DNA of 64,000 nt. Origin: Eledone cirrhosa. Its lineage: Eukaryota. The position numbers were made by a program, and so were the translations under genes. Numbering within the stretch: position 1 is the stretch's first letter; each line of letters begins with the position of its first letter. This document shows, in pieces, positions 29,701-46,000 of this stretch. The stretch is from assembly GCA_964016885.1 (NCBI GenBank), contig OZ024743.1, positions 210,862,001 to 210,926,000 of the forward strand. Direction: 5' to 3'. Below the pieces are notes generated by a model that did no database searches, was not told the DNA's origin, and was given only the letters and a program-made list of their open reading frames with translations.

Positions 29701-32700
29701 AGATATACCACAGTTTACCATCCTATAGCCACACATGAAAGCTCTTCACTCCATAAGATATACCACAGTTTACCATCCTGTAGCCAGATGAAAGCTCTTC
29801 ACTCCATAAGATATACCACAGTTTACCAACCTATAGCCACAGATGAAAGCTCTTCACTCCATAAGATATACCACAGTTTACCATCCTATAGCCAGATGAA
29901 AGCTCTTCACTCCATGAGATATACCACAGTCTACCATCCTATAGCCACACATGAAAGCTCTGTAACCCATAAGATATACCACAGTTTACCATCCTATGGC
30001 CAGATGAAAGCTCTTCACTCCATAAGATATACCACAGTTTACCATCCTATAGCCACAGATGAAAGCTCTTCACTCCATGAGATATACCAGAGTTTACCAT
30101 CCTATAGCCAGATGAAAGCTCTTCACTCCATAAGCTATACCACAGTTTACCATCCTATAGCCACACATGAAAGCTCTTCACTCTATAAGATGTACCACCT
30201 TTTACCATCCTATAGCCACAGATGAAAGCTCTTCACTCCATAAGACATACCACAGTTTACCATCCTATAGGCAGATGAAAGCTATTCACTCCATAAGTTA
30301 TAACACAGTTTACCATCCTATAGCCACACATGAGAGCTCTTCACTCCATAATATATACCACAGTTTACCATCCTATGGCCACACATTAAAGCTCTTCACT
30401 CCATAAGATATACCACAGTTTACCATCCTATGGCCACACATGAAAGCTCTTCACTCCATAAGATATACCAAAGTTTACCATTCTATAGCCACAGATGAAC
30501 GCTCTTCACTCCATAGGATATACCACAGTTTCCATCCTATAGCCACACATGAAAGCTCTTCACTCCATAAGATATACCACAGTTTACCATCCTATACCCA
30601 GATGATAGCTCTTCACTCCATAAGATATACCACAGTTTACCATCCTATAGCCACACATGAAAGCTCTTCACTCCATAAGATGTACCACCTTTTACCATCC
30701 TATGGCCACACATGAAAGCTGTTCACTCCATAAGATATACCACAGTTTACCATCCTATAGCCAGATGAAAACTATTCACTCCATAAGTTATAACACAGTT
30801 TACCATCCTATAGCCACAGATGAAAGCTCTTCACTCCATAAGATATACCACAGTTTACCATCCTATGGCCACAAAGGAAAGCTCTTCACTCCATAAGATA
30901 TACCACAGTTCACCATCCTATAGCCACACATGAAAGCTCTTCACTCCATAAGATATACCACAGTTTACCATCCTATAGCCACACATGAAAGCTCTTCACT
31001 CCATAAGATATACCCCAGATTACCATCCTATAGCCACATATGAAAGCTCTTCACTCCATAAGATATACCACAGTTTACCATCCTATAGCTACACATGAAA
31101 GCTCTTCACTCCATAAGATATACCACAGTTTACCATCCTATAGCCACACATGAAAGCTCTGTAACCCATAAGATATACCACAGTTTACCATCCTATAGCC
31201 AGATGAAAGCTCTTCACCTCATAAGTTATACCACAGTTTACCATCCTATAGCCACACATGAAAGCTCTTCACTCCATAAGATATACCACAGTTTACCATC
31301 CTATAACCAGATGAAAGCTCTTCACTCCATAAGATATACCACAGTTTACCAACCTATAGCCACAGATGAAAGCTCTTCACTCCATGAGTTATACCACAGT
31401 TTACCATCCTATAGCCAGATGAAAGCTCTTCACTCCATAAGATATACCACAGTCTACAATCTTATAGCCACACCTGAAGGCTCTGTAACCCATAAGATAT
31501 ACCTCAGTTTACCATCCTATAGCCAGATGAAAGCTCTTCACTCCCTAAGATATACCACAGTTTACCTTCCTATAGCCACACATGAGAGCTCTTCACTCCA
31601 TCAGATATACCACAGTTTACCATCCTGTAGCCAGACCAAAGCTCTTCACTCCATAAGATATACCACAGTTTACCATCCTATAGCCACACATGAAAGCGCT
31701 TCACTCTATAAGATGTACCACCTTTTACCATCCTATAGCCACAGATGAAAGCTCTTCACTCCATAAGATATACCACAGTTTACCATCCTATAGCCACAGA
31801 TGAAAGCTCTTCACTCCCTAAGATATACCACAGTTTACCATCCTATAGCCACACATGAAAGCTCTTCACTCTATAAGATGTACCACCTTTTACCATCCTA
31901 TAGCCACAGATGAAGGCTCTTCACTCCATAAGATATACCACAGTTACCACCCTGTAGCCAGATGAAAGCTCTTCTCTCCATCAGATATACCACAGTTTAC
32001 CATCCTATAGCCACACATGAAAGCTCTTCACTCCATAAGATATACCACAGTTTACCATCCTATAGCCACACATCAGAGCTCTTCACTCCATAAGATATAC
32101 CAGTTGACCATCCTGTAACCACACATGAAAGCTCTTCACTCCATAAGATATACCACAGTTTACCATCCTATGGCCACACATGAAAGCTCTTCACCCCATA
32201 AGATATACCACAGTTTACCATCCTATGGCCACACATTAAAGTTCTTCACTCCATAAGATATTCCACAGTTTACCATCCTATGGCCACACATGAAAGCTCT
32301 TCACTCCATAAGATATACCAAAGTTTACCATCCTATAGCCACAGATGAACGCTCTTCACTTCATAAGATATACCACAGTTTACCATCCTATAGCCACACA
32401 TGAAAGCTCTTCACTCCATAAGATATACCACAGTTTACCATCCTATACCCAGATGAAAGCTCTTCACTCCATAAGATATACCACAGTTTACCATCCTATA
32501 GCCACACATGAAAGCTCTTCACTCCATAAGATATACCACAGTTTACCATCCTGTAGCCAGATGAAAGCTCTTCACTCCATAAGATATACCACAGTTTACC
32601 AACCTATAGCCACAGATGAAAGCTCTTCACGCCATAAGATATACCACAGTTTACCATCCTATATCCAGATGAAAGCTCTTCACTCCATGAGATATACCAC

Positions 32701-35700
32701 AGTCTACCATCCTATAGCCACACATGAAAGCTCTGTAACCCATAAGATATACCACAGTTTACCATCCTATAGCCACATGAAAGCTCTTCACTCCATAAGA
32801 TATACCACAGTTTACCATCCTATAGCCACAGATGAAAGCTCTTCACTCCATGAGATATACCACAGTTTACCATCCTATAGCCAGATGAAAGCTCTTCACT
32901 CCATAAGCTATACCACAGTTTAACATCCTATAGCAACACATGAAAGCTCTTCACTCTATAAGATGTACCACCTTTTACCATCCTATAGCCACACATGAAA
33001 GCTGTTCACTCCATAAGATATACCACAGTTTAACATCCTATAGCCACACATGAAAGCTGTTCACTCCATAAGATATACCACAGTTTAACATCCTATAGCC
33101 ACACATGAAAGCTCTTCACTCCATAAGATATACCACAGTTTACCATCCTATGGCCACACATGAAAGCTCTTCACCCCATAAGATATACCACAGTTTACCA
33201 TCCTATGGCCACACATTAAAGATCTTCACTCCATCAGATATTCCACAGTTTACCATCCTATGGCCACACATGAAAGCTCTTCACTCCATAAGATATACCA
33301 AAGTTTACCATCCTATAGCCACAGATGAACGCTCGTCACTCCATAAGATATACCACAGTTTACCATCCTATAGCCACACATGAAAGCTCTTCACTCCATA
33401 AGATATACCACAGTTTACCATCCTGTAGCCAGATGAAAGCTCTTCACTCCATAAGATATACCACAGTTTACCATCCTATAGCCACACATGAAAGCTCTTC
33501 ATTCCATAAGATGTACCACCTTTTACCATCATATAGCCACAGATGAAAGCTGTTCACTCCATAAGATATACCACAGTTTACCATCCTATAGCCAGATGAA
33601 AGCTATTCACTCCATAAGTTATAACACAGTTTACCCTCCTATAGCCACAGATGAAAGCTCTTCACTCCATAAGATATACCACAGTTTACCATCCTATGGC
33701 CACAGATGAAAGCTCTTCACTCCATAAGATATACCACAGTTCACCATCCTATAGCCACACATGAAAGCTCTTCACTCCATAAGATATACCACAGTTTACC
33801 ATCCTATAGCCACACATGAAAGCTCTTCACTCCATAAGATATACCACAGTTTACCATCCTGTAGTAAGATGAAACTCTTCACTCCATAAGATATACCACA
33901 GTTTACCATCCTATAGCCACAGATGAAAGCTCTTCACTCCATAAGATATACCACAGTTTACCATCCTATAGCCAGATGAAAGCTCTTCACTCCATAAGAT
34001 ATACCACAGTTTACCATCCTATAGCCACAGATGAAACTCTTCACTCCATAAGATATACCACAGTTTACCATCCTATAGCCAGATGAAAGCTCTTCACTCC
34101 ATGAGATATACCACAGTCTACCATCCTATAGCCACACATGAAAGCTCTGTAACCCATAAGATATACCACAGTTTACCATCCTATAGCCAGATGAAAGCTC
34201 TTCACTCCATAAGTTATACCACAGTTTACCATCCTGTAGCCACAGATGAAAGCTCTTTACTCCATAAGATATTCCACAGTTTAACATCCTATAGCCACAC
34301 ATGAAAGCTCTTCACTCCATAAGATATACCACAGTTTACCATCCTATAACCAGATGAAAGCTCTTCACTCCATAAGATATACCACATTTTACCAACCTAT
34401 AGCCACAGATGAAAGCTCTTCACTGCATGAGTTATACCACAGTTTACCATCCTATAGCCAGATGAAAGCTCTTCACTCCATAAGATATACCACAGTCTAC
34501 AATCTTATAGCCACACATGAAGGCTCTGTAACCCATAAGATATACCACAGTTTACCATCCTATAGCCAGATGAAAGCTCTTCACTCCCTAAGATATACCA
34601 CAGTTTACCATCCTATAGCCAGATGAAAGCTATTCACTCCCTAAGATATACCACAATTTACCTTCCTATAGCCACACATGAGAGTTCTTCACTCCATCAG
34701 ATATACCACAGTTTACCATCCTGTAGCCAGATGAAAGCTCTTCACTCCATAAGATATACCACAGTTTACCATCCTATAGCCACACATGAAAGCGCTTCAC
34801 TCTATAAGATGTACCACCTTTTACCATCCTATAGCCACAGATGAAAGCTCTTCACTCCATAAGATATACCACAGTTTACCATCCTATAGCCACATATGAA
34901 AGCTCTTCACTCCCTAAGATATACCACAGTTTACCATCCTATAGCCACACATGAAAGCTCTTCACTCTATAAGATGTACCACCTTTTACCATCCTATAGC
35001 CACAGATGAAGGCTCTTCACTCCATAAGATATACCACAGTTACCACCCTGTAGCCAGATGAAAGCTCTTCACTCCATAAGATATACCACAGTTTACCATC
35101 CTATAGCCACACATGAAAGCTCTTCACTCCATAAGATATACCACAGTTTACCATCCTATAGCGACACATCAGAGCTCTTCACTCCATAAGATATACCAGT
35201 TGACCATCCTATGGCCACACATGAAAGCTCTTCACCCCATAAGATATACCACAGTTTACCATCCTATGGCCACACATTAAAGCTCTTCACTCCATAAGAT
35301 ATTCCACAGTTTACCATCCTATGGCCACACATGAAAGCTCTTCACTCCATAAGATATACCAAAGTTTACCATCCTATAGCCACAGATGAACGCTCTTCAC
35401 TCCATAAGATATACCACAGTTTACCATCCTATAGCCACACATGAAAGCTCTTCACTCCATAAGATATACCACAGTTTACCATCCTATAGCCAGATGACAG
35501 CTATTCACTCCATAAGTTATACGACAGTTTACCATCCTATAGCCACAGATGAAAGCTCTTCACTCCATAAGATATACCACAGTTTACCATCCTATGGCCA
35601 CAGATGAAAGCTCTTCACTCCATAAGATATACCACAGTTTACCATCCTATAGCCACACATGAAAGCTCTTCACTCCATAAGATATACCACAGTTTACCAT

Positions 35701-36560
35701 CCTGTAGCCAGATGAAAGCTCTTCACTCCATAAGATATACCACAGTTTACTAACCTATAGCCACAGATGAAAGCTCTTCACTCCATAAGATATACCACAG
35801 TTTACCATCCTATAGCCAGATGAAAGCTCTTCACTCCATGAGATATACCACAGTCTACCATCCTATAGCCACACATGAAAGCTCTGTAACCCATAAGATA
35901 TACCACAGTTTACCATCCTATAGCCAGATGAAAGCTCTTCACTCCATAAGATATACCACAGTTTACCATCCTATAGCCACAGATGAAAGCTCTTCACTCC
36001 ATGAGATATACCACAGTTTACCATCCTATAGCCAGATGAAAGCTCTTCACTCCATAAGCTATACCACAGTTTACCATCCTATAGCCACACATGAAAGCTC
36101 TTCACTCTATAAGATGTACCACCTTTTACCATCCTATAGCCACAGATGAAAGCTCTTCACTCCATAAGACATACCACAGTTTACCATCCTATAGCCAGAT
36201 GAAAGCTATTCACTCCATAAGTTATAACACAGTTTACCATCCTATAGCCACACATGAGAGCTCTTCACTCCATAATATATACCACAGTTTACCATCCTAT
36301 GGCCACACATTAAAGCTCTTCACTCCATAAGATATTCCACAGTTTACCATCCTATGGCCACACATGAAAGCTCTTCACTCCATAAGATATACCAAAGTTT
36401 ACCATTCTATAGCCACAGATAAACGCTCTTCACTCCATAGGATATACCACAGTTTCCATCCTATAGCCACACATGAAAGCTCTTCACTCCATAAGATATA
36501 CCACAGTTTACCATCCTATACCCAGATGATAGCTCTTCACTCCATAAGATATACCACAGT
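26745..36560 (+). repeat. Higher-order duplication, offset about 6.36 kb, shrinking stepwise to about 5.9 kb (about 26745-30650 vs about 33105-36560)
   Basis: ORF pairs 26745/33105, 26965/33325 and 27128/33488 (6360), 27833/34083 and 28104/34354 (6250), 28428/34623 (6195), 30167/36091 and 30440/36364 (5924). Private marker ATTAAAGATCTTCACTCCATCAG at about 26856 and about 33216. Confidence 0.88.
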
Positions 36561-37780
36561 TTACCATCCTATAGCCAGATGAAAGCTCTTCACTCCATAA
36601 GATATACCACAGTTTACCATCCTATAGCCACAGATGAAACTCTTCACTCCATAAGATATACCACAGTTTACCATCCTATAGCCAGATGAAAGCTCTTCAC
36701 TCCATGATATATACCACAGTCTACCATCCTATAGCCACACATGAAAGCTCTGTAACCCATAATATATACCACAGTTTACCATCCTATAGCCAGATGAAAG
36801 CTCTTCACTCCATAAGTTATACCACAGTTTACCATCCTGTAGCCACAGATGAAAGCTCTTTACTCCATAAGATATTCCACAGTTTAACATCCTATAGCCA
36901 CACATGAAAGCTCTTCACTCCATAAGATATACCACAGTTTACCATCCTATAACCAGATGAAAGCTCTTCACTCCATAAGATATACCACATTTTACCAACC
37001 TATAGCCACAGATGAAAGCTCTTCACTGCATGAGTTATACCACAGTTTACCATCCTATAGCCAGATGAAAGCTCTTCACTCCATAAGATATACCACAGTC
37101 TACAATCTTATAGCCACACATGAAGGCTCTTTAACCCATAAGATATACCACAGTTTACCATCCTATAGCCAGATGAAAGCTCTTCACTCCCTAAGATATA
37201 CCACAGTTTACCATCCTATAGCCAGATGAAAGCTATTCACTCCCTAAGATATACCACAGTTTACCTTCCTATAGCCACACATGAGAGCTCTTCACTCCAT
37301 CAGATATACCACAGTTTACCATCCTGTAGCCAGATGAAAGCTCTTCACTCCATAAGATATACCACAATTTACCATCCTATAGCCACACATGAAAGCGCTT
37401 CACTCTATAAGATGTACCACCTTTTACCATCCTATAGCCACAGATGAAAGCTCTTCACTCCATAAGATATACCACAGTTTACCATCCTATAGCCACATAT
37501 GAAAGCTCTTCACTCCCTAAGATATACCACAGTTTACCATCCTATAGCCACACATGAAAGCTCTTCACTCTATAAGATGTACCACCTCTTACCATCCTAT
37601 AGCCACAGATGAAGGCTCTTCACTCCATAAGATATACCACAGTTACCACCCTGTAGCCAGATGAAAGCTCTTCACTCCATAAGATATACCACAGTTTACC
37701 ATCCTATAGCCACACATGAAAGCTCTTCACTCCATAAGATATACCACAGTTTACCATCCTATAGCGACACATCAGAGCTC
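33970..37780 (+). repeat. Nested duplication, offset 2603 bp (about 33970-35180 vs about 36575-37780)
   Basis: ORF pairs 34083/36686, 34354/36957 and 34623/37226 all have offset 2603. Shared markers ACATTTTACCAACC, CACTGCATGAG and TAGCGACACATCAG. Confidence 0.88.
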
Positions 37781-39499
37781 TTCATTCCATAAGATATACC
37801 ACAGTTTACCATCCTATAGCCAGATGACAGCTATTCACTCCATAAGTTATACGACAGTTTACCATCCTATAGCCACAGATGAAAGCTCTTCACTCCATAA
37901 GATATACCACAGTTTACCATCCTATGGCCACAGATGAAAGCTCTTCACTCCATAAGATATACCACAGTTTACCATCCTATAGCCACACATGAAAGCTCTT
38001 CACTCCATAAGATATACCACAGTTTACCATCCTGTAGCCAGATGAAAGCTCTTCACTCCATAAGATATACCACAGTTTACCAACCTATAGCCACAGATGA
38101 AAGCTCTTCACTCCATAAGATATACCACAGTTTACCATCCTATAGCCAGATGAAAGCTCTTCACTCCATGAGATATACCACAGTCTACCATCCTATAGCC
38201 ACACATGAAAGCTCTGTAACCCATAAGATATACCACAGTTTACCATCCTATAGCCAGATGAAAGCTCTTCACTCCATAAGATATACCAGTTGACCATCCT
38301 ATGGCCACACATGAAAGCTCTTCACCCCATAAGATATACCACAGTTTACCATCCTATGGCCACACATTAAAGCTCTTCACTCCATAAGATATTCCACAGT
38401 TTACCATCCTATGGCCACACATGAAAGCTCTTCACTCCATAAGATATACCAAAGTTTACCATCCTATAGCCACAGATGAACGCTCTTCACTCCATAAGAT
38501 ATACCACAGTTTACCATCCTATAGCCACACATGAAAGCTCTTCACTCCATAAGATATACCACAGTTTACCATCCTATACCCAGATGAAAGCTCTTCACTC
38601 CATAAGATATACCACAGTTTACCATCCTATACCCAGATGAAAGCTCTTCACTCCATAAGATATACCACAGTTTACCATCCTATAGCCACACATGAAAGCT
38701 CTTCATTCCATAAGATATACCACAGTTTACCATCCTATAGCCAGATGACAGCTATTCACTCCATAAGTTATACCACAGTTTACCATCCTATAGCCACAGA
38801 TGAAAGCTCTTCACTCCATAAGATATACCACAGTTTACCATCCTATGGCCACACATGAAAGCTCTTCACTCCATAAGATATACCACAGTTTACCATCCTA
38901 TAGCCACACATGAAAGCTCTTCACTCCATAAGATATACCACAGTTTACCATCCTGTAGCCAGATGAAAGCTCTTCACTCCATAAGATATACCACAGTTTA
39001 CCAACCTATAGCCACAGATGAAAGCTCTTCACTCCATAAGATATACCACAGTTTACCATCCTATAGCCAGATGAAAGCTCTTCACTCCATGAGATATACC
39101 ACAGTCTACCATCCTATAGCCACACATGAAAGCTCTGTAACCCATAAGATATACCACAGTTTACCATCCTATAGCCAGATGAAAGCTCTTCACTCCATAA
39201 GATATACCACAGTTTACCATCCTATAGCCACAGATGAAAGCTCTTCACTCCATGAGATATACCACAGTTTACCATCCTATAGCCAGATGAAAGCTCTTCA
39301 CTCCATAAGCTATACCACAGTTTACCATCCTATAGCCACACATGAAAGCTCTTCACTCTATAAGATGTACCACCTTTTACCATCCTATAGCCACAGATGA
39401 AAGCTCTTCACTCCATAAGACATACCACAGTTTACCATCCTATAGCCAGATGAAAGCTATTCACTCCATAAGTTATAACACAGTTTACCATCCTATAGC

Positions 39500-40050
39500 C
39501 ACACATGAGAGCTCTTCACTCCATAATATATACCACAGTTTACCATCCTATGGCCACACATTAAAGCTCTTCACTCCATAAGATATTCCACAGTTTACCA
39601 TCCTATGGCCACACATGAAAGCTCTTCACTCCATAAGATATACCAAAGTTTACCATTCTATAGCCACAGATGAACGCTCTTCACTCCATAGGATATAACA
39701 CAGTTTCCATCCTATAGCCACACATGAAAGCTCTTCACTCCATAAGATATACCACAGTTTACCATCCTATAGCCACACATGAGAGCTCTTCACTCCATAA
39801 TATATACCACAGTTTACCATCCTATGGCCACACATTAAAGCTCTTCACTCCATAAGATATTCCACAGTTTACCATCCTATGGCCACACATGAAAGCTCTT
39901 CACTCCATAAGATATACCAAAGTTTACCATTCTATAGCCACAGATGAACGCTCTTCACTCCATAGGATATACCACAGTTTCCATCCTATAGCCACACATG
40001 AAAGCTCTTCACTCCATAAGATATACCACAGTTTACCATCCTATACCCAG
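39500..40050 (+). repeat. Local 5-monomer (274 bp) tandem duplication
   Basis: GAGAGCTCTTCACTCCATAATATATACC at 39507 and 39781, each followed by the same ordered variants (ATTAAAG, GATATTCC, ACCAAAG..CATTCT, GAACGC..CATAGG..GTTTCCATC). Confidence 0.88.
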
Positions 40051-43000
40051 ATGATAGCTCTTCACTCCATAAGATATACCACAGTTTACCATCCTATAGC
40101 CACACATGAAAGCTTTTCACTCCATAAGATGTACCACCTTTTACCATCCTATGGCCACACATGAAAGCTGTTCACTCCATAAGATATACCACAGTTTACC
40201 ATCCTATAGCCAGATGAAAACTATTCACTCCATAAGATATACCACAGTTTACCATCCTATAGCCACAGATGAAAGCTCTTCACTCCATAAGATATAACAC
40301 AGTTTACCATCCTATAGCCACAGATGAAAGCTCTTCACTCCATAAGATATACCACAGTTTACCATCCTATGGCCACAAATGAAAGCTCTTCACTCCATAA
40401 GATATACCACAGTTCACCATCCTATAGCCACACATGAAAGCTCTTCACTCCATAAGATATACCACAGTTTACCATCCTATAGCCACACATGAAAGCTCTT
40501 CACTCCATAAGATATACCCCAGATTACCATCCTATAGCCACATATGAAAGCTCTTCACTCCATAACATATACCACAGTTTACCATCCTATAGCTACACAT
40601 GAAAGCTCTTCACTCCATAAGATATACCACAGTTTACCATCCTATAGCCACACATGAAAGCTCTGTAACCCATAAGATATACCACAGTTTACCATCCTAT
40701 AGCCAGATGAAAGCTCTTCACCTCATAAGTTATACCACAGTTTACCATCCTGTAGCCACAGATGAAAGCTCTTCACTCCATAAGATATACCACAGTTTAC
40801 CATCCTATGGCCACAGATGAAAGCTCTTTACTCCATAAGATATACCACAGTTTAACATCCTATAGCCACACATGAAAGCTCTTCACTCCATAAGATATAC
40901 CACAGTTTACCATCCTATAACCAGATGAAAGCTCTTCACTCCATAAGATATACCACAGTTTACCAACCTATAGCCACAGATGAAAGCTCTTCACTCCATG
41001 AGTTATACCACAGTTTACCATCCTATAGCCAGATGAAAGCTCTTCACTCCATAAGATATACCACAGTCTACAATCTTATAGCCACACCTGAAGGCTCTGT
41101 AACCCATAAGATATACCTCAGTTTACCATCCTATAGCCAGATGAAAGTTCTTCACTCCCTAAGATATACCACAGTTTACCTTCCTATAGCCACACATGAG
41201 AGCTCTTCACTCCATCAGATATACCACAGTTTACCATCCTGTAGCCAGACCAAAGCTCTTCACTCCATAAGATATACCACATTTTACCATCCTATAGCCA
41301 CACATGAAAGCGCTTCACTCTATAAGATGTACCACCTTTTACCATCCTATAGCCACAGATGAAAGCTCTTCACTCCATAAGATATACCACAGTTTACCAT
41401 CCTATAGCCACAGATGAAAGCTCTTCACTCCCTAAGATATACCACAGTTTACCATCCTATAGCCACACATGAAAGCTCTTCACTCTATAAGATGTACCAC
41501 CTTTTACCATCCTATAGCCACAGATGAAGGCTCTTCACTCCATAAGATATACCACAGTTACCACCCTGTAGCCAGATGAAAGCTCTTCTCTCCATAAGAT
41601 ATACCACAGTTTACCATCCTATAGCCACACATGAAAGCTCTTCACTCCATAAGATATACCACAGTTTACCATCCTATAGCCACACATCAGAGCTCTTCAC
41701 TCCATAAGATATACCAGTTGACCATCCTGTAACCACACATGAAAGCTCTTCACTCCATAAGATATACCACAGTTTACCATCCTATGGCCACACATGAAAG
41801 CTCTTCACCCCATAAGATATACCACAGTTTACCATCCTATGGCCACACATTAAAGCTCTTCACTCCATAAGATATTCCACAGTTTACCATCCTATGGCCA
41901 CACATGAAAGCTCTTCACTCCATAAGATATACCAAAGTTTACCATCCTATAGCCACAGATGAACGCTCTTCACTTCATAAGATATACCACAGTTTACCAT
42001 CCTATAGCCACACATGAAAGCTCTTCACTCCATAAGATATACCACAGTTTACCATCCTATACCCAGATGAAAGCTCTTCACTCCATAAGATATACCACAG
42101 TTTACCATCCTATAGCCACACATGAAAGCTCTTCACTCCATAAGATGTACCACCTTTTACCATCCTATAGCCACAGACGAAAGCTGTTCACTCCATAAGA
42201 TATACCACAGTTTACCATCCTATAGCCAGATGAAAGCTATTCACTCCATAAGTTATACCACAGTTTACCATCCTATAGCCACAGATGAAAGCTCTTCACT
42301 CCATAAGATATACCACAGTTTACCATCCTATGGCCACAGATGAAAGCTCTTCACTCCATAAGATATACCACAGTTTACCATCCTATAGCCACACATGAAA
42401 GCTCTTCACTCCATAAGATATACCACAGTTTACCATCCTGTAGCCAGATGAAAGCTCTTCACTCCATAAGATATACCACAGTTTACCAACCTATAGCCAC
42501 AGATGAAAGCTCTTCACGCCATAAGATATACCACAGTTTACCATTCTATAGCCAGATGAAAGCTCTTCACTCCATGAGATATACCACAGTCTACCATCCT
42601 ATAGCCACACATGAAAGCTCTGTAACCCATAAGATATACCACAGTTTACCATCCTATAGCCACATGAAAGCTCTTCACTCCATAAGATATACCACAGTTT
42701 ACCATCCTATAGCCACAGATGAAAGCTCTTCACTCCATGAGATATACCACAGTTTACCATCCTATAGCCAGATGAAAGCTCTTCACTCCATAAGCTATAC
42801 CACAGTTTAACATCCTATAGCAACACATGAAAGCTCTTCACTCTATAAGATGTACCACCTTTTACCATCCTATAGACACAGATGAAAGCTCTTCACTCCA
42901 TAAGACATACCACAGTTTACCATCCTATAGCCAGATGAAAGCTATTCACTCCATAAGTTATAACACAGTTTACCATCCTATAGCCACACATGAGAGCTCT

Positions 43001-46000
43001 TCACTCCATAATATATACCACAGTTTACCATCCTATGGCCACACATTAAAGCTCTTCACTCCATAAGATATTCCACGGTTTACCATCCTATGGCCACACA
43101 TGAAAGCTCTTCACTCCATAAGATATACCAAAGTTTACCATTCTATAGCCACAGATGAACGCTCTTCACTCCATAGGATATACCACAGTTTCCATCCTAT
43201 AGCCACACATGAAAGCTCTTCACTCCATAAGATATACCACAGTTTACCATCCTATACCCAGATGAAAGCTCTTCACTCCATAAGATATACCACAGTTTAC
43301 CATCCTATAGCCACACATGAAAGCTCTTCACTCCATAAGATATACCACAGTTTACCATCCTATAGCCACACATGAAAGCTCTTCACTCCATACGATATAC
43401 CCCAGATTACCATCCTATAGCCACATATGAAAGCTCTTCACTCCATAAGATATACCACAGTTTACCATCCTATAGCTACACATGAAAGCTCTTCACTCCA
43501 TAAGATATACCACAGTTTAACATCCTATAGCCACACATGAAAGCTCTTCACTCCATAAGATATACCACAGTTTACCATCCTGTAGCCAGATGAAAGCTCT
43601 TCACTCCATAAGATATACCACATTTTACCATCCTATAGCCACACATGAAAGCTCTGTAACCCATAAGATATACCACAGTTTACCATCCTGTAGCCAGATG
43701 AAAGCTCTTCACTCCATAAGATATACCACAGTTTACCATCCTATAGCCACACATGAAAGCTCTTCACTCCATAAGAGATACCACAGTTTACCAACCTATA
43801 GCCACAGATGAAAGCTCTTCACTCCATAAGATATACCACAGTTTACCATCCTATATCCAGACGAAAGCTCTTCACTCCATAAGTTATACCACAGTTTACC
43901 ATCCTATAGCCACAGATGAAAGCTCTTCACTCCATAAGATATACCACAGTTTACCAACCTATAGCCACAGATGAAAGCTCTTCACTCCATAAGATATACC
44001 ACAGTTTACCATCCTATAGCCAGATGAAAGCTCTTCACTCCATGAGATATACCACAGTCTACCATCCTATAGCCCCACATGAAAGCTCTGTAACCCATAA
44101 GATATACCACAGTTTACCATCCTATAGCCAGATGAAAGCTCTTCACTCCATAAGTTATACCACAGTTTACCATCCTGTAGCCACAGATGAAAGCTCTTCA
44201 CTCCATAAGATATACCACAGTTTACCATCCTATGGCCACAGATGAAAGCTCTTTACTCCATAAGATATACCACAGTTTACCATCCTATAGCCAGATGAAA
44301 GCTATTCACTCCATATAGTTATAACACAGTTTACCATCCTATAGCCACAGATGAAAGCTCTTCACTCCATAAGATATACCACAGTTTACCATCCTATGGC
44401 CACAGATGAAAGCTCTTCACTCCATAAGATATACCACAGTTCACCATCCTATAGCCACACATGAAAGCTCTTCACTCCATAAGATATACCACAGTTTACC
44501 ATCCTATAGCCACACATGAAAGCTCTTCACTCCATAAGATATATCCCAGATTACCATCCTATAGCCACATGTGAAAGCTCTTCACTCCATAAGATATACC
44601 ACAGTTTACCATCCTATAGCCACACATGAAAGCTCTTCACTCCATAAGATATACCACAGTTTAACATCCTATAGCCACACATGAAAGCTCTTCACTCCAT
44701 AAGATATACCACAGTTTACCATCCTGTAGTAAGATGAAAGCTCTTCACACCATAAGATATACCACAGTTTACCATCCTATAGCCACAGATGAAAGCTCTT
44801 CACTCCATAAGATATACCACAGTTTACCATCCTATAGCCAGATGAAAGCTCTTCACTCCATGAGATATACCACAGTCTACCATCCTATAGCCACACATGA
44901 AAGCTCTGTAACCCATAAGATATACCACAGTTTACCATCCTATAGCCAGATGAAAGCTCTTCACCTCATAAGTTATACCACAGTTTACCATCCTGTAGCC
45001 ACAGATGAAAGCTCTTCACTCCATAAGATATACCACAGTTTACCATCCTATGGCCACAGATGAAAGCTCTTTACTCCATAAGATATACCACAGTTTAACA
45101 TCCTATAGCCACACATGAAAGCTCTTCACTCCATAAGATATACCACAGTTTACCATCCTATAACCAGATGAAAGCTCTTCACTCCATAAGATATACCACA
45201 GTTTACCAACCTATAGCCACAGATGAAAGCTCTTACCTCCATGAGTTATACCACAGTTTACCATCCTATAGCCAGATGAAAGCTCTTCACTCCATAAGAT
45301 ATACCACAGTCTACAATCTTATAGCCACACCTGAAAACTCTGTAACCCATAAGATATACCACAGTTTACCATCCTATAGCCAGATGAAAGCTCTTCACTC
45401 CCTAAGATATACCACAGTTTACCTTCCTATAGCCACACATGAGAGCTATTCACTCCATCAGATATACCACAGTTTACCATCCTGTAGCCAGATGAAAGCT
45501 CTTCACTCCATAAGATATACCACAGTTTACCATCCTATAGCCACAGATGAAAGCTCTTCACTCCCTAAGATATACCACAGTTTACCATCCTATAGCCACA
45601 CATGAAAGCTCTTCACTCTATAAGATGTACCACCTTTTACCATCCTATAGCCACAGATGAAGGCTCTTCACTCCATAAGATATACCACAGTTACCACCCT
45701 GTAGCCAGATGAAAGCTCTTCACTCCATAAGATATACCACAGTTTACCATCCTATAGCCACACATGAAAGCTCTTCACTCCATAAGATATACCACAGTTT
45801 ACCATCCTATAGCCACACATCAGAGCTCTTCACTCCATAAGATATACCAGTTGACCATCCTGTAACCACACATGAAAGCTCTTCACTCCATAAGATATAC
45901 CACAGTTTACCATCCTATGGCCACACATGAAAGCTCTTCACCCCATAAGATATACCACAGTTTACCATCCTATGGCCACACATTAAAGCTCTTCACTCCA

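Noticed and set aside
44305-44325. Singleton 1-bp insertion (CCATATAGTTATAAC vs CCATAAGTTATAAC)
   Set aside because: Seen once and indistinguishable from a sequencing or consensus error without reads.
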